Below are positions 25,820 through 37,830 of a DNA stretch of 64,000 bases, in pieces. A model generated the notes under the pieces. That model saw nothing but the letters and a program-made list of their open reading frames with translations. It was not told where the DNA came from and did not search any database. The stretch is from Octopus vulgaris (Eukaryota). Position 1 is the stretch's first letter. Every line of letters starts with the position of its first letter. The position numbers were made by a program, and so were the translations under genes. The stretch is taken from contig OX597815.1 in assembly GCA_951406725.2 (NCBI GenBank), forward strand, positions 198,462,001 through 198,526,000, read 5' to 3'.

Positions 25820-25945
25820 CATATATATATATATATATATACCGGAGTAAACACATAAATGTGAAACAAGGTGCAAAAAAGGGTATTCAAATACCAGTGG
25901 TAGAGAAATATGCTTTATTTAAAGCAGCAGAAAATTCAACAAAAC

Positions 25946-25983
25946 CTGTAACTCTGAGTTTCCTGTTGCCGTTCATCGGACAG
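25946..25983 (-). ncRNA. Minimal type I hammerhead motif (core CCGATGA, U4C; stem II damaged)
   Basis: Minus strand: CTGT-CCGATGA-ACGGCAACAG-GAAA-CTCAGAG-TT-ACAG, inside a ~165-bp island between (TA)n tracts. Confidence 0.55.
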
Positions 25984-26004
25984 TTTTTGCTAGCATTAAA
26001 TAAA

Positions 26005-26053
<49 letters not shown>

Positions 26054-27499
26054 GTGGAAATATAGCGTATATAATGAATATATACATACATAAATACGTA
26101 CAGATATATATAGTGAGAGAGTGAGAGGGGAGAATAGAGAAAGAGAGAGAGAGTGAGTGTATGTGTTTGTGAGTGTGTGTGTGTGTGCGAGTATGTGCGT
26201 GTGTATGTGTGTGAGTGTGTGTGTATTTCGGAATTCTACTCACAAAATCACATTGCGGTAGTATTCCTGAAAGCTAAGTGGGAAAAATTCAATTGACTTG
26301 ATTCTGGTATGAATCAATCAGTGTTTACAGTAAATTATACGGGAAAACAATTTGTGTAAGGAATTTTCCTTGTGCGTATGAATTGCTATTACAGAAACAG
26401 AGATAAGTGTTTCTTTTTCTACCTCTTTTCTGTTCCCACTTCTTTTACTTTCATTAATTATTAATTGTTCCCTCGCTCTACTTGTTCTACTCTTTAAATA
26501 TATATTTAGTTCCCATCTGCGATCTGTAAGAATATTAAATGTTTCTCTTTGTAAATGCTGAGCTTACTACAACAATTATCTGATTCTTACAGATATTATA
26601 GCTATTTGAATCGAACAGCCTCTAAGGAATTTCAAGATGTTTATTTACAAATGTTAGACTAACTGAACTCTGCATACTCAAAGTTATGAAAACATTTAGA
26701 ACGATATCCTAGCTGTATATTTTTTTTTATTTATTTCCATAGCTATCATCAACTCGAAATTTTCTCGATAAAAAATATCATTAAATATTTATATAACTAC
26801 ATTAATTTCTAACAGAAAAATTCGTAAATATTAATCATGGAAAGCAATCTTCATATTCTTCAGACACTTGACAACTAATCGAATCGCGTAATTAGAATTT
26901 TAAATGAATTTTACAGTGTTAACTCTACGCCATTTCCAAAGATGTAAACTAAAATCTTAACAAAAATTATGTCCAAAATTTTCCACTTGGCATCATCTGC
27001 TGTCTTCTACAGTTTTATATATCAACATTACAGAAACTCTCTCATAAAATTGTCGCTTCCTGTATATTTATAGTTAATGGAGTTTGTCATACTATTTCTA
27101 GTGCTCGGAGTATATTGCTTCTGAATTCGTGAATAGTCAGTGTGTAAGTGATTAAGTTTTATAACAATTCCCTGGAGAATCTGTTTTATAACGATTGATA
27201 ATACCTAAAATAATATTCTGAATATATTTACAAAATAAGGGCAAAAGAAAAATTCTAATGCCAAATATGTCGAAAAAAGACAAAATTGTCAAAACCATTA
27301 TAATTGATGTAAATTATTTATAAATTTAAACATTAAAGGTATTTTTTGATATGCTGGCCATTGATAAAATTTTTTTCTCGAAAACAATCTTATCCTTCAT
27401 TAGATATATATATATGTATATACATACATACACACATGCATACAAACATACATATGCATATATACATAAATGTATATAATATATATACATATATACATA

Positions 27500-28140
27500 G
27501 TTTCAAATTGAGATGGGGGTTGTAAATGCAACCCACCATGGGATGCCATATATCCAATATACTGCTAGTGAGGTACCCAACAAAGTTAATACATAAATGT
27601 TAAGAATTATTGTATTATATGGGCAAAGGTAAAATGTTTTACCACAAATTCATAATACAAAATAAGAAAATGGAGAAATACATCGAAATCAAATATCAAT
27701 TACCAGATAATACTCAATCACATACTTTATTAAACCACCAAATAAGAAACTATAAGGTTAAACATAATAATGCAGGGTAAAGCAGTGTACATGAAAGAGT
27801 GTACATAAAATAATAATGTTATACAATAAGTAGAATACGTATAAGAGAACATAAATATAAGTACACATAAATATAAATATAGACTATATCTTACAGCTGT
27901 TTCGGCCATGTAGATAAGCATGTCTCATTCAACTCATATTAGCCATTTGTGGTAGGTCAATATGTAGTTATAAATGAGATATTTACAAAAACATCCTAAG
28001 GCCTCTTCGGAGATTACAAATTAGATTACATAGTCTATATTTATATTTATGTGTACTTATATTTATGTTCTATTATACGTATTCTACTTATTGTATAACA
28101 TTACTATTTTATGTACACTCTTTCATGTACACTGCTTTAC
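27500..28140 (-). mobile_element. PLE-type HHR element with inverted 110-bp tail copy
   Basis: Inverted arms at 27777-27887 and 28030-28140 enclose an HHR. Confidence 0.7.
27888..28014 (-). ncRNA. Type I hammerhead motif (core CCGAAGA) with 92-nt loop II
   Basis: Minus strand: ATCT-CCGAAGA-GGCC-(92 nt)-GGCC-GAAA-CAGCTG-TA-AGAT. Confidence 0.65.
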
Positions 28141-28446
28141 AAACCTACATATGTGAGTGTATCTATATCATATACACATATGAATATTAATTCAATATAA
28201 AAACACACTATATACACTGGTACATATGCATATTTACATCGATGTATATCCATTTTCTTTGTACATATATACATATATATATATAGTATATGTATATACA
28301 CATATATATATTTATCTATATGTATATATATGTATAAGAACATGTTTATATATTTATATATATACACTAATATATATATATATAAGTATCTATCTGTCTA
28401 TCTATCTATCTATCTACATATATATATATATATATGGAGAGAGAAC

Positions 28447-28489
<43 letters not shown>

Positions 28490-31435
28490 AGTTCATATAT
28501 ATTTCCCTAAGCGCAGTCTACGTGAGCAACCTCCAATAGTGTTTTGTTTCAGACCTGTGGTTTTCAAGTTGCAAAATGTATAAATGAGTGTCGAGGGAAT
28601 AAAGTACAAACACTACTTAGAGCAGGGAAACGACTCCCCCATCTCCCTTTAACAGGTGCAACATTTAACTAACTTTACCTCTCTGTCACTTCAAATGCCT
28701 TATCACACAAGTGCATTATTAGTTTAGGAGGCTCTGTACCAAGAGACCTCCTTCTGATTCGGGCGAGATATTATTACTGTGTCCAACAACTGTTGACATT
28801 TTAGAAACGTCAACTGATGGTTCACACAGACATCATAGCCAGCATCCAAACAGAAACTATTCGACTATCAAAAAGGCATTAAAAATTTTAATATAATTTA
28901 AGTATTTTAATAATACTTATTACTTCTTATATTATATTAAACTTTTTAATACCTTTTTGATAGTTATTAAAAAATTTAAATAAATAAATAAATATAAATA
29001 TCAAAAAATTAAAAGTTTAACAATTTATTAATTTAAAATTAAAAAAATATTAAAAAATATAAAAATTTATAAATATAAATTAAAAATTTTAAATTTAGAT
29101 ACTTTAATTTTAAATTTTATATTTTATATATTTTGTATATTATATTAATTATATTTATTTTTGTGCTTTGGTTTATGTTTTTCACTGTTTGATTTGCCTA
29201 ATAGTGGTTTTATCTCTAATTTAATTTATATTTATAGTGTGAAATTTGATTTAATCCTAAATCTAATTTTTCCCTGTAAGTTTGGATTTACTCCCTAATA
29301 TTATTATTATTATTATATATATATATATAGCTTAGAGATTTTGTGACAAATAACCCAGTGTAGAAAACAACTGTAATTCCAAAATAAATTGAACTTCATA
29401 TTCTAAGCTCGTATGAAGCTACAAATTGTCATTCTGATACTCAGTTATGGGTCCACTGCATCATATTCCCTAAACAGCTGTAAGCTACTGAAGGTTATAG
29501 CATAATATGTTGTCATCTCTCTTTCTAATAAGTATATACATAAAACCTCGATGTAGGGAATTGAACATCATGAAAGTAAAGTCGCCAGCTCTATATTATT
29601 CTTTATACTATTGGCACAAGGTCTGTTGATTACATCGATCCCAGTGTTTCACTAGTGCTTAATTTATCGAATCCGAAAGGATGAATGGTAAAGTCGACCT
29701 CGGCGGAATTTGAACTCAGATCGTAAAGACGGAAGACATGCCACTAACTTAGGGACGCATGATTTTTTTCAGATTTTTGTGTTAAAAGCGCCATATACAT
29801 CGGAGAAAGATTATCTTCGCTACATCGACTTGCAACAAAGATAGACGCATTTTACCCATCTCACACTTGTCAACGATGGGCAACCTATTGTCACCTGCTT
29901 ATATGAGATTCGTTTGTTTTCTCTCGTGAGCCACTAGATTTTACGCAACCGAAAAACTAAGCAAGTTGATATAATATCGTGTGGTCTCCTGATTTTTAGC
30001 ATATCCATGATACTTATCAACAAACTTAATGTTTAAAATTTCCAAAGACCAGAATACAGAATTCCATTCAGCGCCACTTTGTAAGGTAGTAATAACTTTT
30101 TTCAAGGAGCATACAACTGAACACAAAGAAGAATATGAATTACACGATTCAATTTTTGTATGCAATAAGTAAATGATAAAATATTGTCCAGATTAGGCCT
30201 ACTACAATTCCAAATTTCAGGATGAAGTCTTTTTACCGGTGGGTCGCTATGTCTGTGCAGCCATGTGGGGTGCGTTTCTCATGTATGGATTCCCAAACAT
30301 TGTGGATTTTTGCGTTGTGTGTATTCTTATACATTCATCGGGGTCGATCTTGTTTGCTGTTTCGGCAAAGTATGAGGATTCAGAGCATAGAAGAAAATGG
30401 TTTCGGAATTTGGGAGTAAATATCAATATCAAATACTGGTTGCATTAATTGAGAAGAATGCGTTTCGGTATTGAGAAAAACGTAAATGCTGGGGTTCCAA
30501 AACTGGGAAGCAAGTTCATACAGTGTTTTGTAGAGAATAGCCTTACGGGATACTTTGTAATATATTCTGAACAAGTGAACTTATTAATGGAAAATAACAT
30601 TCTTCTATTTACAGAAGAGAGCGGATATGATTAATATTAGTTATGCTCATTAGGATTTCAAGTAGATAATCCCAGATTAGTATACGAAACTTCATATTCT
30701 CTTGTGAGCACTATATCTTTCAGACTTTGTAGCGTGCGTAGCTACATGACGCTGTGGGATAAAGATATAGTACCAGGATAGCAAACATAGTTTCTGCTTC
30801 TTTCGAATCTATTTTAGCCCACCTAAAATATTTAAATATTGTATCTCATGTTTTCATATTTAGATATTTTTGCATGCACCGTATACTTTCGTAATTGTCT
30901 TGAAAGTTTGAGATAACATAGCAACCTGATCAACATGAGCTATCAGAAACACAAAGCCCAGTTTCTGATCATGTTGCAACGATCTTATTCTACATCTTCA
31001 CGTAACCAAACTCTCGAGATCTTCTTGTTGTACAAATGACATATCAACCTTTAACTATCTCATTTAATTCCTTATGAACCACAAAACCTCTGGACATCTC
31101 CTTTACCTTGTACATTCACGACCCCATTTTTAATGATAATGTAATTAGCTGAGCGTATTTAGTTCGAATAATTCAACGTAACTAACATCGCTCAGTATAT
31201 TTTCCATAGGTGTAACTGCCTATGCGCGTGTCTGTTACTGTATGCGCGAATGTGTCTGGGCACATGCGTATATGTGTATCTTTATGCATATTTATGCATG
31301 CCTATATTGACACTGGACAACTAAATGGCATGTTAGAAGACACTCGCCCTCCAAGATGTTCCGTAGTTTTAAAGAAAGCAAAAAAATTGTGGCTGCATAT
31401 TTAACGTCTTAAATGCTCGGCCTTGCCCGCTGATA

Positions 31436-31537
31436 TTAGTATGTATGTATGTATGTATGTATGTATGTATGTATGTATGTATGTATGTATGTATGTATGT
31501 ATGTATGTATGTATGTATGTATGTATGTATGTATGTA

Positions 31538-31568
<31 letters not shown>

Positions 31569-31626
31569 ATGTATGTATGTATGTATGTATGTATGTATGT
31601 ATGTATGTGTATGTATGTATGTATGT
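31436..31626. repeat. (ATGT)n microsatellite
   Basis: Seen directly. Confidence 0.95.
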
Positions 31627-31630
31627 CAAT

Positions 31631-31950
31631 GTGCGTGGCTTGGTGGTTAGAGGCATTCGGTTCATGATCGTAAGCTCGTGAGTTCAATTCCCGGCGGAGC
31701 GTTGTGTCCTTGAGCAAGACACTTTATTTCACGTTGCTCCAGTCCACTCAGCTGGCAAAAATGAGTTGTACCAGTATTTCAAAGGGTCAGCCTTGTCACA
31801 CTCTGTGTCACGCTGAATCTCCCCCAGAAATACGTTAAGTGTACACGTTTTTGTGGAGTGCTCAGCCACTTGCACGTTAATTTCACGAGCAAGCTGTTCT
31901 GTCGATCGTATCAGCTGGCACCCTCGTCGTCGCAACCGACGGAGTGCTCC
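31631..31950 (+). mobile_element. tRNA-derived CORE-SINE (OR2-like)
   Basis: A-box TGGCTTGGTGG, B-box GAGTTCAATTCC and CORE-like GTGTCCTTGAGCAAGACACTTTA. The 3' tail is shared with 59840-60231. Confidence 0.85.
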
Positions 31951-32863
31951 TTATGTACGTATGCATGTATGTATTTTTATTTATAAACATGAGTATATGC
32001 AAGTGTGTGCGTATGTGTGTACATGTTTGCATCATAGTAAATATATATAATATATATAAATAGAATATATTTGTAAGTATATGCGTTTGAGTATGTGTGT
32101 GCCAATTTTAATGCGCAGCATATGCATGTGAAGTGTGTAGTTTGAATTGCGTCTTCGATTATAATATAAATGTCTATGTTAATACCTCCTAAAATGCGTT
32201 TTATAGGAGAGAACTTCTTCTTGGGGCTTTCGGCATTACTTTTTATATTGAATATTGTGTTGCATTTATATCGATGTTATTTTTATTTTATTTTATATTT
32301 GATGAAAATATTTTATATAAATTTTTTAATCAAATAAGACATTATCATATATCTTATCAACATTTTAAACATTGAGAATGAAATAGAAAAAAAAATTACT
32401 TAGATTTCTTTATATATCATTTTTGAATCTAAAATCTTACATAAAAGAAACTTTAATATCATACAATAGAAAAGTATAAATATGTTCATTGACCGAACGA
32501 ATGTCATCTTAAAATTTAACCTTAACTTTTGTAATGCAAAATAGTGAGAATACTATGAATAAATCAGTTTTCTTTGTATGAAATGACCTAGAATTATTGA
32601 TTAGACTTGGGTCACCTGAGATAACATCTGCCTGAAATGGAAATGAATACTACAACCGAAATTCTATAAAATCTGTTATTTCATATCCTAGAGTCAGTGG
32701 AAAGAAAACGTACAAGGATATATATATATAGCATAGAGTTATATCCACATAAAGATAGCCTACCGTATGCAAAGTATTCTCATATTACGAAAATATATTG
32801 ATAGGTCTATATGCATATTCAAATGTATTAGATAGTAGTATACTGCACTACACCAAAAGTATG

Positions 32864-32905
<42 letters not shown>

Positions 32906-33172
32906 TATATAAACGCATGTGTGCATGTATACATGCGTATCAATGCATATTTTTATGTTTATCGAATTATATTAGGCATGAAACGCAAGTGCTTCATTTT
33001 ATGGCTAAAAATTTCTAAGATATGTACCTGCAAATGCAATCACATATATGCACTCACATAGAAAATCTTACACAGATACAAAGAAACTATAAATTTGAAT
33101 ATATAGATGAGTGTATGCATATAGGCATGTGTTTATACATACACGCATGTGTTTATACATATACATACATAC

Positions 33173-33215
<43 letters not shown>

Positions 33216-33793
33216 TGAGAATTTGTATTTTCCTCATGCAGAATTTAGTTACATAACAGATAGGGAATAATTATATTTTTTCCTATACTTGTTTTCTACC
33301 GTATTTTGGACGAATTGAAAATGGTAAGCTATCCTTGCATTAATATTCTCTTCCATAAAGTTTCTTTGTATGCTGGTTATTCCTTCAGAAATGTTACCAA
33401 AATCTTTGTCGCGATTTTCTTGAATCTCCGCATCTTATACTTTCTTCTCTCGCTATATTCATATTTCTCATCTCATTCCGCTTTTGCATTTTTATTTTTA
33501 TTATTTTTATCTTACAACTTTTATATTACTTATTCATTTCAATCAGCTTAACATAACTTTTTCCCTTTTTACAGATTCATATATTGATAGAATTCATAAA
33601 CATTTTTTAAATTCATTTTTACTTCTGAATTTAAAGCGGCATTATATGAATATAAGACAGTACTTTAAACGATACCTACAGGTATTCGTGTTCACATGAA
33701 ATATATTTATTTATTTATATGTGGATATGCATGTACGCATACAAATATGTCTATATATGTATGTATGCATATATATATATATATATATCCATA

Positions 33794-33843
<50 letters not shown>

Positions 33844-33884
33844 TATACGTGTAAATATATTTATATATGCACATATATATGTAC

Positions 33885-33961
<77 letters not shown>

Positions 33962-34309
33962 GTGCACGTATATGTTTGCGTATACTTCTATGTACACCAC
34001 ACAAGCAAACGCATACACGAATATATAGAATTAAATGCAGATATGTTTGCGTATGATACCGCACATGAATGTATGTAGGTATGTTGTGTTGAATATGTGT
34101 AAGTATATAGATAAATACGTATATACTTACATCCACATGCTAAATTTCTTTCTTTGACCTTCAGAAATGTATAGCATACAGATATAAGAAAAAAAGAGAG
34201 AGAGATTTAATCTTTTCAGGTATGTAAGTCATGCAACTTTAATGTTACTCATCACTCTAGGTCTTCTATTTCTCCTATTTCTTCACTCTCCTCCTTCTCA
34301 TCCTCATAA

Positions 34310-34349
34310 TCTTAATAACAACAACAAAAACAACAACAACAGTAACAAC

Positions 34350-34384
<35 letters not shown>

Positions 34385-34389
34385 TGATG

Positions 34390-34425
<36 letters not shown>

Positions 34426-34541
34426 TTAATAATAATATTAATAATAACAATAATAATAGTGATAATATTAATAATAACAATAATAATAATGATAATAATA
34501 ATAACAATAATAACAGCAAGAACAACAACAACAACAACAAC

Positions 34542-34612
<71 letters not shown>

Positions 34613-34620
34613 TGATGATG

Positions 34621-34699
<79 letters not shown>

Positions 34700-34795
34700 T
34701 ATTACTGCTGATAATAATAACAACAAAACTAGAGGTAGAAGAAAAGTAGATCATCATGAAGATGGTGATTATGATGATGATGATGATGATGATGA
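34310..34795. repeat. Long (AAT)n/(AAC)n/(GAT)n microsatellite
   Basis: Seen directly. It is the source of the poly-N/I/L ORFs. Confidence 0.95.
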
Positions 34796-35119
34796 ACAGA
34801 AATAAGAATAAGAATAATCAATATTATCCCCTTATTTCTCCACCTCATCCAACTCCACCTCATTATTATTATTATTATTATTTTTATTTTTATTAAAAGT
34901 GATGTGGTAGACACAGATTTTGATAAGGAGGATTATGATATAGCCGTCGTCATTTGCCTTTAGTAATATGAATATTGCATAATATGTTATACTAAAAATA
35001 ACAGTCGAAAGATATAAGTAAAAATATATGATTATAAAACCATAGTAATTCTTGAAACATGCTATATAGACGTTCGTATATAAATAAATATATATATATA
35101 TATATGAATATATATACAC

Positions 35120-35150
<31 letters not shown>

Positions 35151-35151
35151 C

Positions 35152-35235
<84 letters not shown>

Positions 35236-35550
35236 TATAATATGTATATATATATATATATGTATATATATGAAAGCTTAATATTTTTTAATGATGCGCA
35301 CGCGCGCGCTCATATTGTAGCAGTTGTATATATGTGTTAGTATAATCCTGTATGACTCTGATATATATCTGAAAGTTGTTAGCTGCCACGGACGTTTCGA
35401 GAGATCCTGAAAGTTGAAAATATGATGTATCATGTCCTCTGGAAAGAGAAAGAGACATTATGTGCGTATTTCAATTGACAAATATATATATAGTTCGTAT
35501 TTGTATATGGCTTGCAAGATTCTTGATGTGAATTCGTGTGTTGAAAGAAA

Positions 35551-36258
35551 TATTATTGGAACTTGGTAGGAGCATTCTGCCGGTAATAATAAACACACTC
35601 ACTGGTTCGGTCCTTTATTCTTATTGTTCAATATTGTTCGCGTTGTTACTTCTTTTTTTTTTTCAAAATAATTATTTCATCGAGGTTTTGCAATCTTTTC
35701 AGTGACACGTCTCTCTAATTCCATATCGTTTGAGCTTACGTTCCAGCGTTGGGATTTGTCCGAAATACGTCTGAGATGAATATGTGAGTGTGTGTATGTC
35801 TGTATGGGTGTGTGTTTATACGTAAGCGTGCACATCCGTATAGTGTGTGTGGATGTTTGTGTATGTCCGTTCGTTTGTGTGTGTATGCATGTGCATGGGT
35901 CTTACTAAGGCCTTTGCTTATTGAGAATATTTACTACTTAAAACCTGTTGTCATTCGTTTATGAAAACTGACCCTCATATCTGTTGTAATGCATAAACAG
36001 ACACACATACATACACACACTCACATACTTATCTCAGAAAGCTCTCGGACAAATTCCAGCGCTGGAACGTAAGTTCAATGTAAAAAGAAGCAGAGAGATG
36101 AGTTACTGAAAAGATTGCAGCAATGCGATAAAAAATATTTATTTGACAAAAAAGAAAAAGTTACAACGCGAATAATACTGAACAATAAGGATAAAGGACC
36201 GAACCAGGGCGTGTGATTATTAACACTGGCATAATGCTCTTCGCAAGGTTCAATACTA
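35551..36258. mobile_element. Diverged fold-back element (~255-bp inverted arms)
   Basis: Examples of arm pairing: TTACGTTCCAGCG vs CGCTGGAACGTAA, and GGTTCGGTCCTTTAT vs ATAAAGGACCGAACC. Related to 49018-49366. Confidence 0.7.
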
Positions 36259-36259
36259 C

Positions 36260-36308
<49 letters not shown>

Positions 36309-36448
36309 ACTTACAAATAAGGGCAAACGAAAACATTTCTAATGCCAAATATGCCGAAAATTGGACATATTGTCCATTACCATATAATTTTTCACAATAC
36401 GCACGCTACTTGCAAAAAGCCGACAGAAATTTCTAAAAAATTCCATTA

Positions 36449-36508
36449 TTACCATATCGGGCCAATTTCAGGGTTAGTTCGTGAGAACCCTCCCTTCGTC
36501 AGTGATAA
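36449..36508 (-). ncRNA. Canonical type I hammerhead ribozyme
   Basis: Minus strand: TTATCA-CTGACGA-AGGG..GTTC-TCAC-GAAC..CCCT-GAAA-TTGG-C-CCGA-TA-TGGTAA. It lies within a ~385-bp island (36306-36690) between (TA)n tracts. Confidence 0.85.
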
Positions 36509-36688
36509 ATGTGGCAAAGAAATAAATGAGATACTTACTCATATCCATGGAAGAAGCAAAACGCTAAGTCATGAGCACAATTAAGTACCCCAAATACATC
36601 CAAAATAGAAATACTCCAGCCCATTCAAGACACGTGCGATTCGAAAGGAGGCTCTCACAGAGTGAGAGATACGAAAGTGTCCACTTAA

Positions 36689-36796
<108 letters not shown>

Positions 36797-36849
36797 ATAT
36801 ATATATCCATATATCCATTAATGTTTGTGTGCGTGTATACAAGATTGCC

Positions 36850-37009
36850 AATATGGCAGCAAGCTTACTTACCGACCATACGGTTTTGAGTCAATCTAAT
36901 CCCGTGCTACTTTGGGCAAGTATTTCTCACTACAGCCTCCATCAGGCCAAAGCCTTGTGAGAGAATTTGGTAGACGGAAACCAAAAGCAGCGCGTTGTGT
37001 ACATATTTA

Positions 37010-37040
<31 letters not shown>

Positions 37041-37285
37041 TGTGTATGTGTGTGTGCGTCTCTTTTTATGTTAATGTGTCTTGATGTCAGTGTTTGTCAT
37101 TCTGAACTAGCTTGACACCCTGTGCTCCTGTTAAGTACTTATAACTCAGTGGTTCTCAATACAGTCTGATAGCGTAAGCATCAGATATAGAATTCAAAAT
37201 AAATACTGAGGTCTCTTGTTTCGATAAAAAAAACGTTGTTCTATGCGGTGCCCCAAAATTGCTGCAGCCCAATAATTGAAACAAG
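36850..37285 (+). mobile_element. Degenerate CORE-type SINE
   Basis: TTGGGCAAGTATTTCTCACTACAGCC, CAAAGCCTTGTGAGAGAATTTGGTAGACGGAAAC, internal (TG)n and a degenerate 3' body. Confidence 0.7.
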
Positions 37286-37479
37286 TATATCAGTAGATAT
37301 CTATTGTTACATTAATCACACTTACAACCGCAACCTCTAAGAGAGTTCAGGGGTTTGTATAACTGTTGATATACAGATGGGCGCAAGTATAATGCTCTAG
37401 TGATGAGTTTCCTTTCACAATCTCTTGTGTCTTCTTTTAGTATCACTGATCAATATTTTCACTACGTCTGCATTTCATA

Positions 37480-37830
37480 TAATGTTATGTTGACAGCATA
37501 TCTTTTGTATATTTTCCGAGAAGCCTTTGGCATAGGGTAAACAGTTGTGTTCAGTTTATGGATTTCGTCCTCTCTCCTCTTCCTCATTGGAGTAGTTGTT
37601 GCATAGCAGATTGTTTCTTAACCTGATCATTTCTTCCTGGTGTGAATCAGGATCGCTGCTTATAATCTTTGCTCGTTGTTTTAGGCACCGAGCAATTCCT
37701 CTCTTTATATACTCTATGGATGGTGGGAATTGAAGTTGACGTATTGTCCAGTGAAGGTTGGGTTCCGTTATACGGATGTCCTGAACCCATACTCAGGACG
37801 TGTTACTAATACGTCCAGGAGAATATCCAA
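37480..37830 (-). pseudogene. Penelope-like element reverse transcriptase C-terminal (thumb/linker) remnant
   Basis: The minus strand reads LDVLVTRPEYGFRTSV*RNPTFTGQYVNFNSHHP, then GIARCLKQRAKIISSD..EEMIRLRNNLLCNNY and CLPYAKGFSENIQKIC. This matches the PLE FLDV...TSVYRKPT.T..YL.F.SHHP motif. It contains stops and a frameshift. Confidence 0.85.

Noticed and set aside
34242-34805. 187-aa ORF with hydrophobic N-terminus and poly-Asn
   Set aside because: Almost entirely (AAT)n, open in several frames on both strands.
35370-35450. GAAACGTC HHR half-motif on the minus strand (similar weak cases at ~63745-63825 and ~850-890)
   Set aside because: Stem I or the CUGANGA half cannot be formed convincingly.
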